Position numbers and translations under genes: made by a program
Shown here: positions 10,669 through 23,265 of the stretch, piece after piece
Numbering within the stretch: the stretch's first letter is position 1
How the letters are laid out: every line of letters starts with the position of its first letter
Notes under the pieces: generated by a model
Databases searched by the model: none
What the model saw: the letters and a program-made list of their open reading frames with translations, nothing else
Told to the model about the DNA's origin: nothing
From: Naegleria gruberi
Taxonomy: Eukaryota
Length of the DNA stretch: 64,000 bases
Reading direction: 5' to 3' (one strand)
NCBI GenBank assembly: GCA_000004985.1
Contig: GG738870.1

Positions 10669-11941
10669 TTACACACTTACACATTGCGAAGATGGTGTTT
10701 CATTCAGTGGATTCGTCTGTGCAAGTTCTGTTGTCTCACCACTCGAAGTTACTGATCTTCCATCATCAATTGAGGCTGCCATTTGTTTCTTCCTTTCTGC
10801 TCCCTCCTTCCTCTTTTCAATCTCATTCAATGCATTTTCAGTGTCCATAAACAATGGATAAAAGAGGAAAATAATCAACACTCCAAAAATCAAAACAGCA
10901 GCACAATTCAATGCCTGCCAAATCAATTTCACCTCCTCAACATCTGCTGCAATGGAAGCCACTGCAATTGCAATCAACTCCAAAATTACACAAATAATTA
11001 AACCAATCAATAATCCGAAAGTAATTTTGAATGGAGATTGAACTCTTCTCTCAAAACTGGCCTTATCAATAGATGTTCTTAATTTGCTACTATCGGCCGA
11101 TAATAAATCAGTTTCCTTTAGTTGTTGAGATTTGACTGCTTGTAAAACATTTCGAGAAGTTTGACGAATTGTCTTGATTACAAGAACTCCAGAAATGATA
11201 ACCATCAATGCAACAAATACAATCATAACAGCAGCTGCAGCAAAGGCAGAAGCAAATACTGCTGTCATTGCTTGTGATGGGACGAAATTAAACTTTTTTA
11301 ATCCTGCCACCACTGACATGACAATAACTAGAAGAGTTCCAAATACTATAAACAATCCTTCCATTATCATCATGACTATTCCTATTATCTTTGAAGTATT
11401 CTTATTGACAGCTCTCATGATTGTTGCTGTTTTCCAACTAAGTGAAATTTATGTGAATATAATTAATCCAATAAGAAAAGATTATTGGAAACAACATTTC
11501 GAATAAGTCTACTTACAACATTCTCTGTACGAAAAACATGATAACCATCAAAATTACAAAGTTGATCAACATGAAGAAGGTAATTATACCTGCAAATATT
11601 TGCACAGCCAAGAATAAATCCCAGCCCACTAGCTCCTTCCTCTCTGTTAGAATTCTCGACTCAATCTGAAGGGCATCAGAAACAATTCTCGTGATTAACA
11701 AGATGATTTGAACGAGAACGAATATTGTTGTCATGCTGAATAATATTTTGTGATTTCTCTTGAGTTGCACTTTCCTCGTGACTCTTATTAGAAAGGCCAC
11801 TAATCCTATCATGTAAATTGTGTACAGAAATAAAAAGACACCAGAGTTTGCCATTGTCAATCCACTGGACCAAAGTGGTTTAAAGTAGTCAGAGGTTACA
11901 TTGACATAACCGTTCTGATTAATAACTTGTGTAACAACCAT
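10669..11941 (-). CDS. multi-pass membrane protein, function unknown
   Basis: Two ORF-track pieces (11513..11950 and 10669..11418) are joined by intron 11448..11516 (GTAAGT..TTAG), which preserves the frame. There are at least eight hydrophobic segments. The first in-frame ATG is at 11941. No domain recognised. Confidence 0.45.
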
Positions 11942-12705
11942 TCGAATCAAAGGTTTGTGAAGAGTTTTTTCTTGTTGATGAAATTTGTGTTGTGAACCTT
12001 GTTGGATGGCTTTGATGATGGCCCATGTTCGTGCAATAGAAGGAGTCAGCTTCCTTCTCTGGGTATTTCATAATTTACACGTTTATGATTTTTGATTCCT
12101 CAAAGCTAAATTATATGAATGAGGTTCAGAAACAACTCAATGTCAACTCAATTTTTTAACACAATTCAAAATTGTTCTATTCCTATAAGAGGAAAATTCA
12201 AAACACATTATTATCTCGAGAGAACAAGTAACGGTTGGGATTATATCACAACCATCTGAAGAGGACTTTGCAAAGAAAAGAATAATTTGATGAAATAGCT
12301 TTAATGGAACAAACAGCTACCGATTGATTGTTAGAGGTTTTCCCCAAAACCTTTCGTTTTTATCCATGCACTCTTTTTGACAAAACTTGCCTCACAACTT
12401 CGTAATGCGCAACTACTCTCCTTTCAATTTTCATTTTGTTTTCTGTTCTTTGGAATTCTATGTTAGAGCGGATAGCATCTAAGTTTGTTTCATCAACCAT
12501 CTTAACTTCATTTGCATAAAAAGGACAACTACTAATAATAAATAATTTATTGGAGCCATAATAGTGCTCTTGAAAGAAAATGAAAATCTCATTACAAAAA
12601 ATTAAAGATTTTTGATGAAATCCCATCTCTGTGTTGGATGCACTAGAAAGATCAGCATGTCAACATCGTTTGTGGGATGAGAAACTATTTACAAATTGAG
12701 TTTTT

Positions 12706-15700
12706 TTAGACTCTATCTTCATCATCAGATTCGTCTTCAGGATGATTCTTGGTTGTGGTGAACCCCATTTCAATACTATCTTCATCGTCGCTGCCTTCGA
12801 GTTCCAATTCACCAAGGCCACCTGGGCTCATCTCAAATTCATTTTCCTTTCCACCAACTCTTTCGTATTGACTGTACAATTGCTTGTTCTTAAAGTAGAA
12901 GAATATGATAACAGCAACCAGACAGACGAAAACAGAACCGAAAACGAAAAGAGCAGTCACTGCAGTTAATTTTCCAATTTCAAATTCATCACAAGTAATG
13001 CTTCTATCTGCAGGTAAACTTTCACCATCAAGACAAATCTTTGGTTCCTTCCACACGTACTTGATAGTAGAACGTCCATTTTCACACTTTGTTTCTACTG
13101 TTGTGTAATCTTCAGCAGCACAGACAGTACAAGGAACGAGTTCTGATTGAGGAAGAGAAGTTGACATTGGAGCATAAGGATAGCAAGTTGCTCCTGGCTT
13201 AAGGTACCAAGTTCTCTTTCTTTGTCCATTTTCACATTCTGGTTGCAAAACACTCTCATAATCGTACATTGTACAGACTGGGCATGCTACATTACTTTCC
13301 CAAAGAATATTGGTTGTACAAACGTCATCAACAGTGGCATCAGGATTAGCTCCAGTGAGAATAACTGGCTTTCCCAGACCTACTTTTGGATTACATCTGA
13401 GATCTATCTTTGTGTTATAGACACCACCATTGTTTGGACATCTATAATCGGTAGAGAACATAACCTTAATACCATTTCCAGTGGAGGCATCATAGGATAT
13501 TGTAGAACCCATATCACCACTTGGCTTGTATTTCAAGTTTGCGTAAGAAACATCCTCAATGCATGAATAGGTTCTATATCCCTTTCTACGATTCTTGTTA
13601 GTAACTTCCCTTCTTTGCTCTTCCAAAACTACAGATCTGGATTCTTTAGTACAGAATTTGGTATTGGCAGTATCAAATTTTTGACACAAACTAAAGTAAA
13701 GATTGAAGGTGGAATTTGGTAGAGCGAGAGGTCCTATAACACCTAATTCCCTGTCAAGAGCTTCTTGAAGGTCAGTGATATTATACATGAGCTCAGTTCC
13801 AGGAACATTGTAGGTGCATGTATTAATACATTCAGCACTTCCTGTATCAGAGTATGTTCCAGTTCCGCAATTCAAACATCTGTTTTGACCCCATTTGTTT
13901 TGGAAAGTGTTTCTGTAGCAAGACATGCAATATTCTTGTTTGAGATTAGAATAAGTACCAGGTTTACATGGAAGATATTCATCAGTAGCTTGAGTACAAT
14001 AGTGGCCTTCCTTACATTCGGCACAAGTATGTGCTGCTCCGTACTCTTCACCTTCAATAACAATTGATCTAATTCTGAATGTTGATTGCTTGTAAGGTGT
14101 ATCGTACTTGTCGTAAGCAAAGCTAAGAAGGTGACGACCTGGAGGATAGTACTTGGATTTATAAGTACCCTTATTAGCTGGTGAGTTATCTCTAGAGATA
14201 TCAGTCTCCAAAGTCTTATTCACAAAGAATAGCAAAACGGATGTGTCATCCTTATTATTATTATCAGGCAATTCCCATTGGAATTCAATAGTACCAAATG
14301 TATGCAACTGAATAGGAATAGTAAGCACAGTTTCATCTCCATAACCATTTCCAGCAGCATCCAAGTAAGCTTCATTAGTTTCAGCATTTGAATTAAAAGT
14401 CCATCCATTATTGGATTTATCACATTCTCCAATACATTTTGTAGTCCAAGATTTTGGCATTCCATTAATTTCGTTGAAATAATTTTGGTCATATCTTAAA
14501 TATTTGATAGCAGCATAATTTTCATAACAAATCTTGCATGTCTTTAAAGTGGTATCATAATATTCTCCCTTACCGGAACATCTTTGACAGACGTCATTTT
14601 CTCTGTACATACCCAATGGACATTGACTACATTCTTGATTGAGTTTCTTTTCTGGTAAAGCAACACCCCCAGAACAGATTCTAGGACTCTTCCATTCATA
14701 AACCAATGTTCTCTTTCCATTTGAGCAAGGAGTATGATAAGCATAATAGTCATTTGAAGTGCATTCTTGCTTTGGAGTACAAGAAGTAGATCCTTCATAG
14801 GCAAACTCATTATCAGGACATTGCTTACATTGACTTTGTCCTGATTGATCATTATAGGAACCAAAAGGACATGGTTTACATGATTCCTTACCCTTCTCAT
14901 CATTAAATGTTCCTTTTGGACACTTGCTACATTTTTCAACTGCAAGCTTTTCTCCATAAACTTTGATCCAAGTTAAATAGGCCATTTCCTTTGAAGAACT
15001 ACTTGGAGGAGTTCTATTATATCTCCATTCCAAAATATGAGGACCCTTTGCAAGTGGGAAACTCTTGACAATATATTCGTGAACATAACCTGTTCTTTCC
15101 ATTACTAATGTATTGTCAATGTAAAATTCCAATCCATCATTAGCATCTGCATCAACTCTAAAATTGAATTGAACTTCTCCTGCTTCTTTCAAAATATTTA
15201 CATAATAAGTCAAACTTGAAGTAACAATACCCAATGATCTAGATTGATCTCCAGAATAAAAGTATTTAGAATTTGCTGAAGCTTTCCAAGATGCACACCT
15301 AAATGATTTTCCACCTTCTGAAGTACAACTAGTTTTGAATGACTCTGGTAAATCACTCCAATCATTAATCAATGTTCCAGAAAAACTATATTCACCAGCA
15401 TTACATGGTTCACACTTTGTACTTGGTGGACTTAAAAAGTAACCATTGTCACAAACCAAATCTTTGAATTTTAGAATATTCAAATCCTAAACTCTACTTA
15501 CTACATGGAAATTCTTCTTGAGAAACTGGTAAAGGAACGCCTCCAGTACAGTTTGTTTTTTTATAATAGACAACTCTTCTCAAATCTTTAGGAGATGAAC
15601 ATTCTGTATAAATGGATCCATAGTCGCTCAATGTACATTCACGTCCTGTTGTTGTGGTGGTTGTTGGTGTATTTGTTGAGGTGGTAGCTGATGTTGGATT

Positions 15701-15844
15701 TGTAGATGATGACGATTGACTTGAACTTTGTTCAGTAGTAGTGGTTGAATTGGTAGCAGAATAAACAAAAGTCAAACAAGTTACCAACAAAATCACACCT
15801 ACTAAAAGATGTGATCGAGTGAAAGGTCTCTGACTTTTAACCAT
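12706..15844 (-). CDS. ELAPOR/KIAA1324-like cysteine-rich type I membrane protein (ephrin-receptor-like CxxCxxGxY repeats, single C-terminal TM)
   Basis: Exon 1 is 15502..15844 and carries a signal peptide plus a T-rich stretch (MVKSQRPF...TTTTTTGRECTLSDYGSIYTEC). A proposed 40-nt intron 15462..15501 (GTAAGT..AAAG) joins it in frame to exon 2, 12706..15461. Exon 2 holds many CxxCPxGxY/F cysteine repeats and repeated C-x-x-DY-x-x-x-Y/C modules. A TM helix (LTAVTALFVFGSVFVCLVAVIIFFY) and an acidic tail close the protein. Confidence 0.6.
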
Positions 15845-16176
15845 TATGTGTTTTCAATAAATAAATTAAACTTCCGAAGATCAAAATCCTTCTTTAAATA
15901 AACAATGTACCAGAGTTGATACTTGAACTTGGTTAATCAAACAACTCTAGAAGATAATCTCTCTGATGACAATATTTAAACGATCAGAAAATCCTACACA
16001 GCAGAAGAGAGAAGGATATCCAAGTGTGTTTGTTGTTTGGTTAATTTTTTTGATATGAAAGTCGCCGTAATTTAGCATGTCGTCAAGTGGAAGTGAGGAA
16101 ATCTGAGTAATCAATTCCCTAGAAATTTAGCTTGTTTTCGATTCATGTTGTTTGGAATTGAATGTTATCTTTTCAG

Positions 16177-16196
16177 ATATCTATCATGATAGATAT
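16177..16196. promoter_or_regulatory. perfect 20-bp palindrome containing inverted GATA motifs (atatctatcatgatagatat)
   Basis: Read directly from the sequence; it equals its own reverse complement. It lies in a 1.2-kb ORF-free intergenic region upstream of the large gene starting near 17100. Confidence 0.35.
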
Positions 16197-17099
16197 GATT
16201 GTGCATCAATGTTGGTTGCTAGAGTTGGACTTTTTACATCAATCGGATCTAAATTACTGTGCATGAAACTAATTGTCTAATACTTCGAGTGATATGAATG
16301 ATAATCCTTCCCTGACTGTTACAACTATTCATGAATTAATCCAACCCTACTAATACATGAATTAATCATCACATAGCTCTTCAGATTATATCAACACCAA
16401 ACAATATCATCATTCGCTGGATTAATATATCAACAAGCAAATTCAATTTTTAAAAAATTCAGGAAGAAAAAATATTTTTAAATGACTGTGCTCACAAACG
16501 CCTTTGAAATTGTATGTGCATCAAAAATTATTGTTTGATGATGACTTTTTGTTGCGGATTGTTTGGATGATAATATTCGGAATTGTTGGATGTTTTATTA
16601 TTTAATGAATAGAATTGTTCTGGGACGGAAGGAGATCATGTGTCATTAGAAGTTTGGAAAATTAAAGGAGACATTACAAGTTTATACAAATTTATCAAGG
16701 AATTGGAGAAGACTAATAATTTAATAACTTATGCACTTCTTGTTCCGAATCATTTGTATATTTTCTTTGTTGTTAGGTGTCACTTATCATTAAAACAAAA
16801 TATTCAAACAATTATTGATGAACAATCGGATTTATCAGGTTAGTAATAATATAAACAAAATTTACCAAAAACAAAAATAGTTGAAAAAAGGCAATTCAAT
16901 GATTTCAAGGAATTAAATAGTGAGGAAAGCAAGTTATTAACAGTGTCTGTCAAAAATTGGATTAGAAAGTATGTGCAAAATTACAAAAATTAATTAATAA
17001 TATTATAGTACTTTAATTATTGAGCATTCTCACAAAGCACAAGGATCATTTATTTATCCTTCAAATAGTGAAAAGTATTTCAGCACAGAAAATGGCACT

Positions 17100-20000
17100 A
17101 TGGTATCTATTTGTGGATTCACTTTGTCGTGTATCATCTTCACTAATTTATCATTGAAGGTTTTTATCAATTTGAAGAATAAGATGTTTAAAAAGATAAA
17201 TACAGACGAATCAAGCTTAAGATCATATTCTAAGAATAAGACTCCTTCTTGGGGTAAGTTGACTTTTAATAGTTGTTATTAACTTTTTAAAGTTTTGACT
17301 CCATTTAAAGGAATTCTTGGTAGATTAACAACCAAAGAGAAGGATAAATCGAGAAGTAATGAAAATTCTAATATGCAAAACCAAGTTACTGTACTTCTTG
17401 AGGGTACACCTATTTCATTCGAGTGTAATGATTATCTATTATCTTTGGACAGTAATGATCAAAGTTTAGAAAGATATTTCCCTTCACAGAGAAATTTACC
17501 TCGTCAAAATCCTCAATCTAGATCCAAAATTCAAAAACAAAAAATTTCCTCTACACCATCCAATAATGCATCAAAAAATAACAAAAGAACATCAAACGAT
17601 GCATCAACGAATGGAAAAAATACATCTTCTAAGAAGACTAAAATGCAATCTGAGACAGACATGGCCAAAGAAGAGGTTTTACCAGCCTACATGTATAATA
17701 GAAAAGAAAAGAAAAATACCACGAATAATTTAACCCTATCACCTACTCTTAATAATGTGACAGATCCAATATCTAGCATTACTGAAAGTGCTATAGATGA
17801 ATTTGCAAATATTATTAATAATCCAATACCTCAACCATCATCTTCGTTAATGGATGCAACTATTCCACCTGAACCTAGTTCACAATCTCAAAGAGCTGAA
17901 GTAGATGCTCAACTTTTGACAGCAGATCAGTTTAATGAGCTATTAGACTCTTTTGATTGTTGGGGACCTTCAGATGCAGAGATAGCATCTCAACCTGAAC
18001 CTCAACCAACTCCACAAATCAAAACTGAATCCATTGTGGAAACTCCTGTCGACATTCAACCTCTAAATAGCACACCTTTTAATCCCCAAACTCCCTCTCA
18101 ATCAGTGACTTCAACACCAAACAGACCGTACGAAGAGATCAAACAATTTAAAGAAATTTTAGAACATAGAGAATCTCAGAGAAAAAATGTTCAAGACCTA
18201 CAAAGAGGTCTCACTCAAATGAATTTAAATTATGAACCTGAAGTACGACAAACTCGCCAATACTCCAGTTTTACATCCAGTTTTGTTGGAATTAAAGACG
18301 AAAGATCAAGTAATCAAAAACAAGAAATTGCTAAAAATGATTACTCCTCCTATTTCACTAATCCATGTTATAATTCATCTTCAAATGAGGATAGAATATA
18401 TCCAACAAGAACTAATTTTGTCCCAACTTCGAATTATCCAGAAAATCGTTTATTCAACCTCCCTCAAAATGAATACGCACAAATGTTAAAAGAACAAGAA
18501 AGAAAGTTAAGAAAAGAAAAGAAGGAAAAAAAGGAAAAGAAAAAGAAAGAAGAAGTTAAAGAAACTAATGATCAAGCAGTTCCTTCAAATGTTGAAGAAT
18601 CATTTGAGGAAGAAATATTTTTCTATGATTTCTGCCATAGTGATGCCACTGATATGTTTGAAATAATACCTCAACAAAATAGTCAATGGTCGCTATCTGA
18701 AATTTTGAAAAAATCATTAGAGTTAATATCAAACGAATCAGAATTTAACAAGAGTGATATTCTATCGTTCATAATGGATGGTTGCTGGAAAGATTCTGAA
18801 ACTCCTTGTGAATACCCACAAAAATCCGTCAAATTATCTAATAATACTATGGAAGTAATTCAAGTTGTTTCTAGATGCAATTTCCAAACAGATGATTTAT
18901 CAAATGATTTAACACTAACAGATGAATCTCTACCAATACTTTACAAGGTTTCTGATATTCTATCTAGGGTTGGTGATGAAACAATTAAGGGACCACTAAA
19001 AGATATTTCTTCCATTTTACAACTAGATACTCCAACAGTACGAGTGGGATATATGGAACAATGGTTAGATTCACAGCCAGATATTATATCCGAATGGGAA
19101 AAATCTCTTTTGGAGCCTTATGCATCACCAAAGAGGATTAATTTCTGTGTTATTGGTGTGGAACCTGCACAATTTAATGTAAATGATGGTGTATACTCGG
19201 ATTTGTATGGTTTCTTTGAGAATCTTAGTACTATTTATGAAATATGCAAATTGGGAACACATGTACCCATTCATAACGAGTTTATCACAGATGGTATCGT
19301 ACCAATAGCTTACAAATATTCTCAACCTTCTCCATCTGGAACTAAGTCACAAAAAATTCAACTTGAAGAATTCATAGAACAATTCCAAAAATCAGCAAAG
19401 AAAGTCGAACAAGGAATAATCAACTTTTATAACAATTATAGTAAGGAAGAATGCGTTTTAATTTATGTTGTTTTCCCATTCCACTTGATTGAAAAAATTG
19501 AGGCTACAAGTACAGCAAGTGTATCCACAATTTTATACAATGTGTTTGGAACCATAATTGATAATTTACAACTTGAAATACCCGATGTCATTCCATTCAT
19601 TCACTTTGTTGATCAAAAATTAGTTGATGAGCCATATATTCACCGACCTATTGCAACTCTGAAACATATCTCACTTTCAGCTTTTAACAAGTGTAGAAGA
19701 CAGCAAAAGAGATGGAATAATTGGAATGGATATTCATCATTACTTCATGAGCCATCTGTTGTTCTTACACCAATGGTATTAAATCAAGATACAAGTAGAA
19801 ATCCTTCTCCTTATGCAGAATTGCAGAGTCTAAAACTCATACTTTTCTGCGCTTACAGTATTACAGAAGTAGAAAATGGAGAATTTTTCGTTACTTGTGT
19901 TTGGACAGATTATCCTGGTAATTTATTGGAGTCAGCAATATTTGAAAGCTCTGAATATATGACAGATGAAGGAAGGAGAAGTAATGTCATTGATGCCATT

Positions 20001-20597
20001 ATTCAAAAAATTCATGAGCAAAGTACAACATACATGTCAAGTTTGGCATTAGGCAATCAATTGGATCTTTTCTGGGAGTACACCATTTGCAAAGTAGCAC
20101 CAACAAATAAGTGTACCTCTGTACACATGTCAGAGGAAGAGTTAAATGCTTGGACAAAAGTTAGAGCAAGTGTTTTAAAAGGTGCCATGTATTTAACATC
20201 TTTGAATGACAATCCATCAACACAATTTTTCAAGATTAGCTCTCCTGAAAGCACACCCTCTCTTCACTTCCATGAGGATTATGGTTATATCTTCACTCCG
20301 TCAGAAGAAGAGGCAAGAGTTGATAGAGTTAATCAAGACCAAGATTCTTCTAGACAAGAAGTTGTCGTTTACCCTAAGAGTGTATTGGAAGTAAGATTAT
20401 TTGTTAAGGAAACTGAAAAGAATTTGCATACTTTCAATGTTAGGCAAGTTTGTAAACAATTATTCAATTTGAGTTGGTTGACAGTTTCTCCATTATACCC
20501 TAGTAGATATACTGTCCTTCCTATTCATATTCAATTACTAAGAAATATTAATACGAATATTAACAGATATATCCAATACAAGTCATCACAGAAATAA
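17100..20597 (+). CDS. large (about 1150 aa) protein with a low-complexity N-terminal half and a conserved-looking C-terminal half; identity uncertain (weak resemblance to a Mediator Med13-like C-terminus)
   Basis: ATG at 17100; an alternative ATG lies at 17186. Intron 17254..17292 (GTAAGT..AAAG) joins this piece to the 17295..20597 ORF in frame. Possible further 5' exons at 16640..16840 and 16882..16970 also splice in frame, as described in the findings. Confidence 0.5.
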
Positions 20598-20600
20598 AAT

Positions 20601-22033
20601 TTACTTTTGTTCTTCGAATATTAAATTTTCGTCTGTTTGCAAATATTTGGCATCTCCTGTTAAAGCAAAAGCAGAGTGATTAGAAGCAATTACTCTTAAT
20701 ACTGTTTTGTCTGCCAAAATGGCCAGTTTTTCAGGATAATCAACCATCTTGGCACTGTCTTTACCTAGGCCAGTTTCACCATATCTTCCTTTTCCAAAGA
20801 CAAAAACTTCTCCTTTTTCATTTACAACATAATTACAGGTTTCTGAACAGGCTACCCAAACAATTTTTTGTGAACTAAAGAAATGGTTTCTATATACAGT
20901 AAGGTCGTTTTTCTTTAAAATATACTTTCCAGTTAAATCCAAATTTTTTTCAGAAAGAGATCTTTCAGAATCCACAAGGAATGGCTTGTGAATTATATTC
21001 TCATCGCTTAATTCAAGATTTTTCAATAATCTTACATAACCAGCGTTATCTAAGGTATAACCCCAACAGTAAACACTTCCATCGGATGTTCTAGCAAGAG
21101 CATGATTAGTACTTGCTGCTACTTGCACAATTCTTCTTCCATTTAAGGAATGCATTAATAGTGTTGGAACTGTCATAATTTCGCGTTTGTCATCTCCTCC
21201 AGCAACATTTTTACCTCCCCATTGATAAACTGAAAGATTGAAGCATTGGTATCATGTGATACTTAAATTGTTTACATACCTTCATATGTTGAACTTAGGG
21301 CAACATTTACATGCTCCTTGGTGGAACAGGAGGAACAAAGCCACTCAATATCTTCAATCTTCTTAAAATATGGTTGGTCTGCAAAATCACCATGGCCTAA
21401 TTGTCCAAAAGATCCCAATCCAGCTGTATAAATCTTTCCTTTTCCAGTTATTAATACAGTGTGTCTTGCTCCACAAACAGCCCTTCTTATTTTTCTAGAA
21501 ATCATTTGATCCACCAACACTGGTTTTGACATGTTAGTGTTATGACCCAAACCTAATTGATAATTGAAATTGGCTCCACAAACATAAACTCTTCCTTTAT
21601 GAGTAAGGAACACTGTATGCCTGTCTCCACAAGAAACATTAACAATATAATCATCCACAACATCAAAAACCACTTTCTTTGGTGTTGGGGAATCCTCAAA
21701 TGATCCTATTCCCAACTGTCCATTTTGATTCCTACCAAATGCATACACATTACATTGGTCTGTTACTATAACTGTATGACTGCCACCAGAACTAACGTGG
21801 GCAATCTTTTCTCCTTTGACGAGGAAACTTTCTTGCTTCATTCTTGTTGGCTGTGATACAAAATTAATTAATTCATGTTCATTAAATGCACCCTCAACAC
21901 CTAGTTGATTGTTATTCATTCCCCACGAATAACATTCATCAAATTCATATTTTATGATGGTATTTGAAGCGGAGGGAGTTGTTGTATTGAGGCTTTGCAT
22001 TTTTAAAGCTTTTTTTTTAAAGTTTGGCGCCAT
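20601..22033 (-). CDS. RCC1-repeat protein
   Basis: Exons 21280..22033 and 20601..21229. Intron 21230..21279 (GTATGT..TTCAG) preserves the frame. Repeated motifs of the type YSWG.N...QLG, GG.HT and Y.FG.N..GQLG.G match RCC1 blades. Confidence 0.75.
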
Positions 22034-22316
22034 TTGTAATTAGCGCTAAATTAAAATACAACACAACCCTTCTTCATTTGGAAGCCTCATAAACCGAATC
22101 AGTTAGTGGCTTTCTCCACAATTTTTGAATTGATGCCAGATCGTGAGATGAAATTTTAAGGATTTGGCACTTGAAAAGATTTCAAAGTTGGCTCAATCTT
22201 CAGCTAATTATCAAAAGATTGTTGTTTGATTTCTTCTAGAAAACCCAATTTTTTTAAAGATAACAACTGTTGGTCTACTTATTCTATGCAATTTTTTAAA
22301 AGATATTAACGTGAAG

Positions 22317-22388
22317 GGACCATGGTCTAGTGGTATGATTCTCGCTTTGGGTGCGAGAGGCCGTGGGTTCGATTCCCACTGGTCCCCG
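22317..22388 (+). tRNA. tRNA-Pro (anticodon UGG)
   Basis: 72-nt cloverleaf. Acceptor GGGACCA pairs with TGGTCCC. The D-arm and anticodon arm are TGATTCTCGC-TTTGGGT-GCGAG, and the loop TTTGGGT places TGG at positions 34-36. The T-arm reads GTGGG-TTCGATT-CCCAC and the discriminator is C. A T-rich stretch (CATTTTATTTTG) follows at 22392..22403 as a Pol III terminator. No CCA is encoded. Confidence 0.9.
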
Positions 22389-22433
22389 ATGCATTTTATT
22401 TTGTTATCTTTTTTGTTGCATACGTCATCCATN

Positions 22434-22482
22434 NNNNNNNNNNNNNNNNNNNNNNNNNNNNNNNNNNNNNNNNNNNNNNNNN
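22434..22482. other. assembly gap (run of N)
   Basis: 49 consecutive N. It lies about 45 bp downstream of the tRNA-Pro 3' end and truncates the 3' end of the minus-strand gene that starts at 22931. Confidence 0.95.
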
Positions 22483-22931
22483 CGTTCAACAATTAATAGG
22501 GCTTTTTTTTTGATGTTGTCTTCGAATAACTCATCTCTTTCATCCGTCTCTTCCTCAACAGAAGAACAAATTCTAGTTACCAATTTTGCTACCAGAGCAT
22601 CTTTTCTAAGATTACCTCCTGTCTCTCCAAATTCACTCTTCAAAAACTCCTTCAAAAACTTGACATTTTTCATTGTCAATTGATCACGGATTGCCTCTTC
22701 CACATTCTCAAACTTTCGTTTTGTTCCTTTTTTTAGCTTCTTTGGTTTTTCTTCTTTTTTCTTGCCTGGTGTTTTTTCATCTTTCTTTTTACTGGGTGTG
22801 TTATCTGGTTGATCTTGTGTACAGGTCCATGAAGGAACTTGAGATACTGAAGGTAGCAAATCTATTAAATTGCTATAGCTGGAGAAGCTTTGTGGTGAAG
22901 TGTCATAGCTACTCGATTGCTTGTTTGACAT
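22483..22931 (-). CDS. Lys-rich, probably nuclear protein; 3' end lost in the assembly gap
   Basis: ATG at 22931..22929. The frame stays open down to the gap at 22482. Sequence reads ...PSKKKDEKTPGKKKEEKPKKLKKGTKRKFENVEEAIRDQLTMKNVKFLKEFLKSEFGETGG... A DEK-C or SWIB-like helical module is possible but the match is weak. Confidence 0.4.
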
Positions 22932-23265
22932 TTTATAAATTTATTGCTTCTTCTGCTGATTGGAAGTTTTGATGTGTGTTTTGCAAGTTTCTTGATCAAA
23001 GTGGAAATTTATATTTAGACTTTCTTGCAGTTCGTCAGCAAGTAATTGTACTACATTGTAGAATTGCTTGTAGTTCAAAAAATAATTGCTTGCATTTCAT
23101 TGTAGAATTGCTTGCACTTCATTGCGTAACCACAGTACGTCACCCATTCACTATTTTTAAATTATCACCAAAACTAATTAAAAAATCTCTGCTCGAGATC
23201 CTCTCTGTTGCTTCATCATCGGGATCTCATCACATATTAAATTATTTAATAATCACCAATAATTC

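Noticed and set aside
12360-12626. 88-aa minus-strand ORF between the multi-TM gene and the ELAPOR-like gene
   Set aside because: It has no recognisable motif, no ATG in a convincing context and no splice partners. It could be a small gene or part of a UTR and is left unannotated.
15462-15501. A 15-nt Stentor-like micro-intron (gtaagtagagtttag) between the two ELAPOR-like ORFs
   Set aside because: Its length does not restore the reading frame between the two exons. The 40-nt intron that ends at the next AG does.
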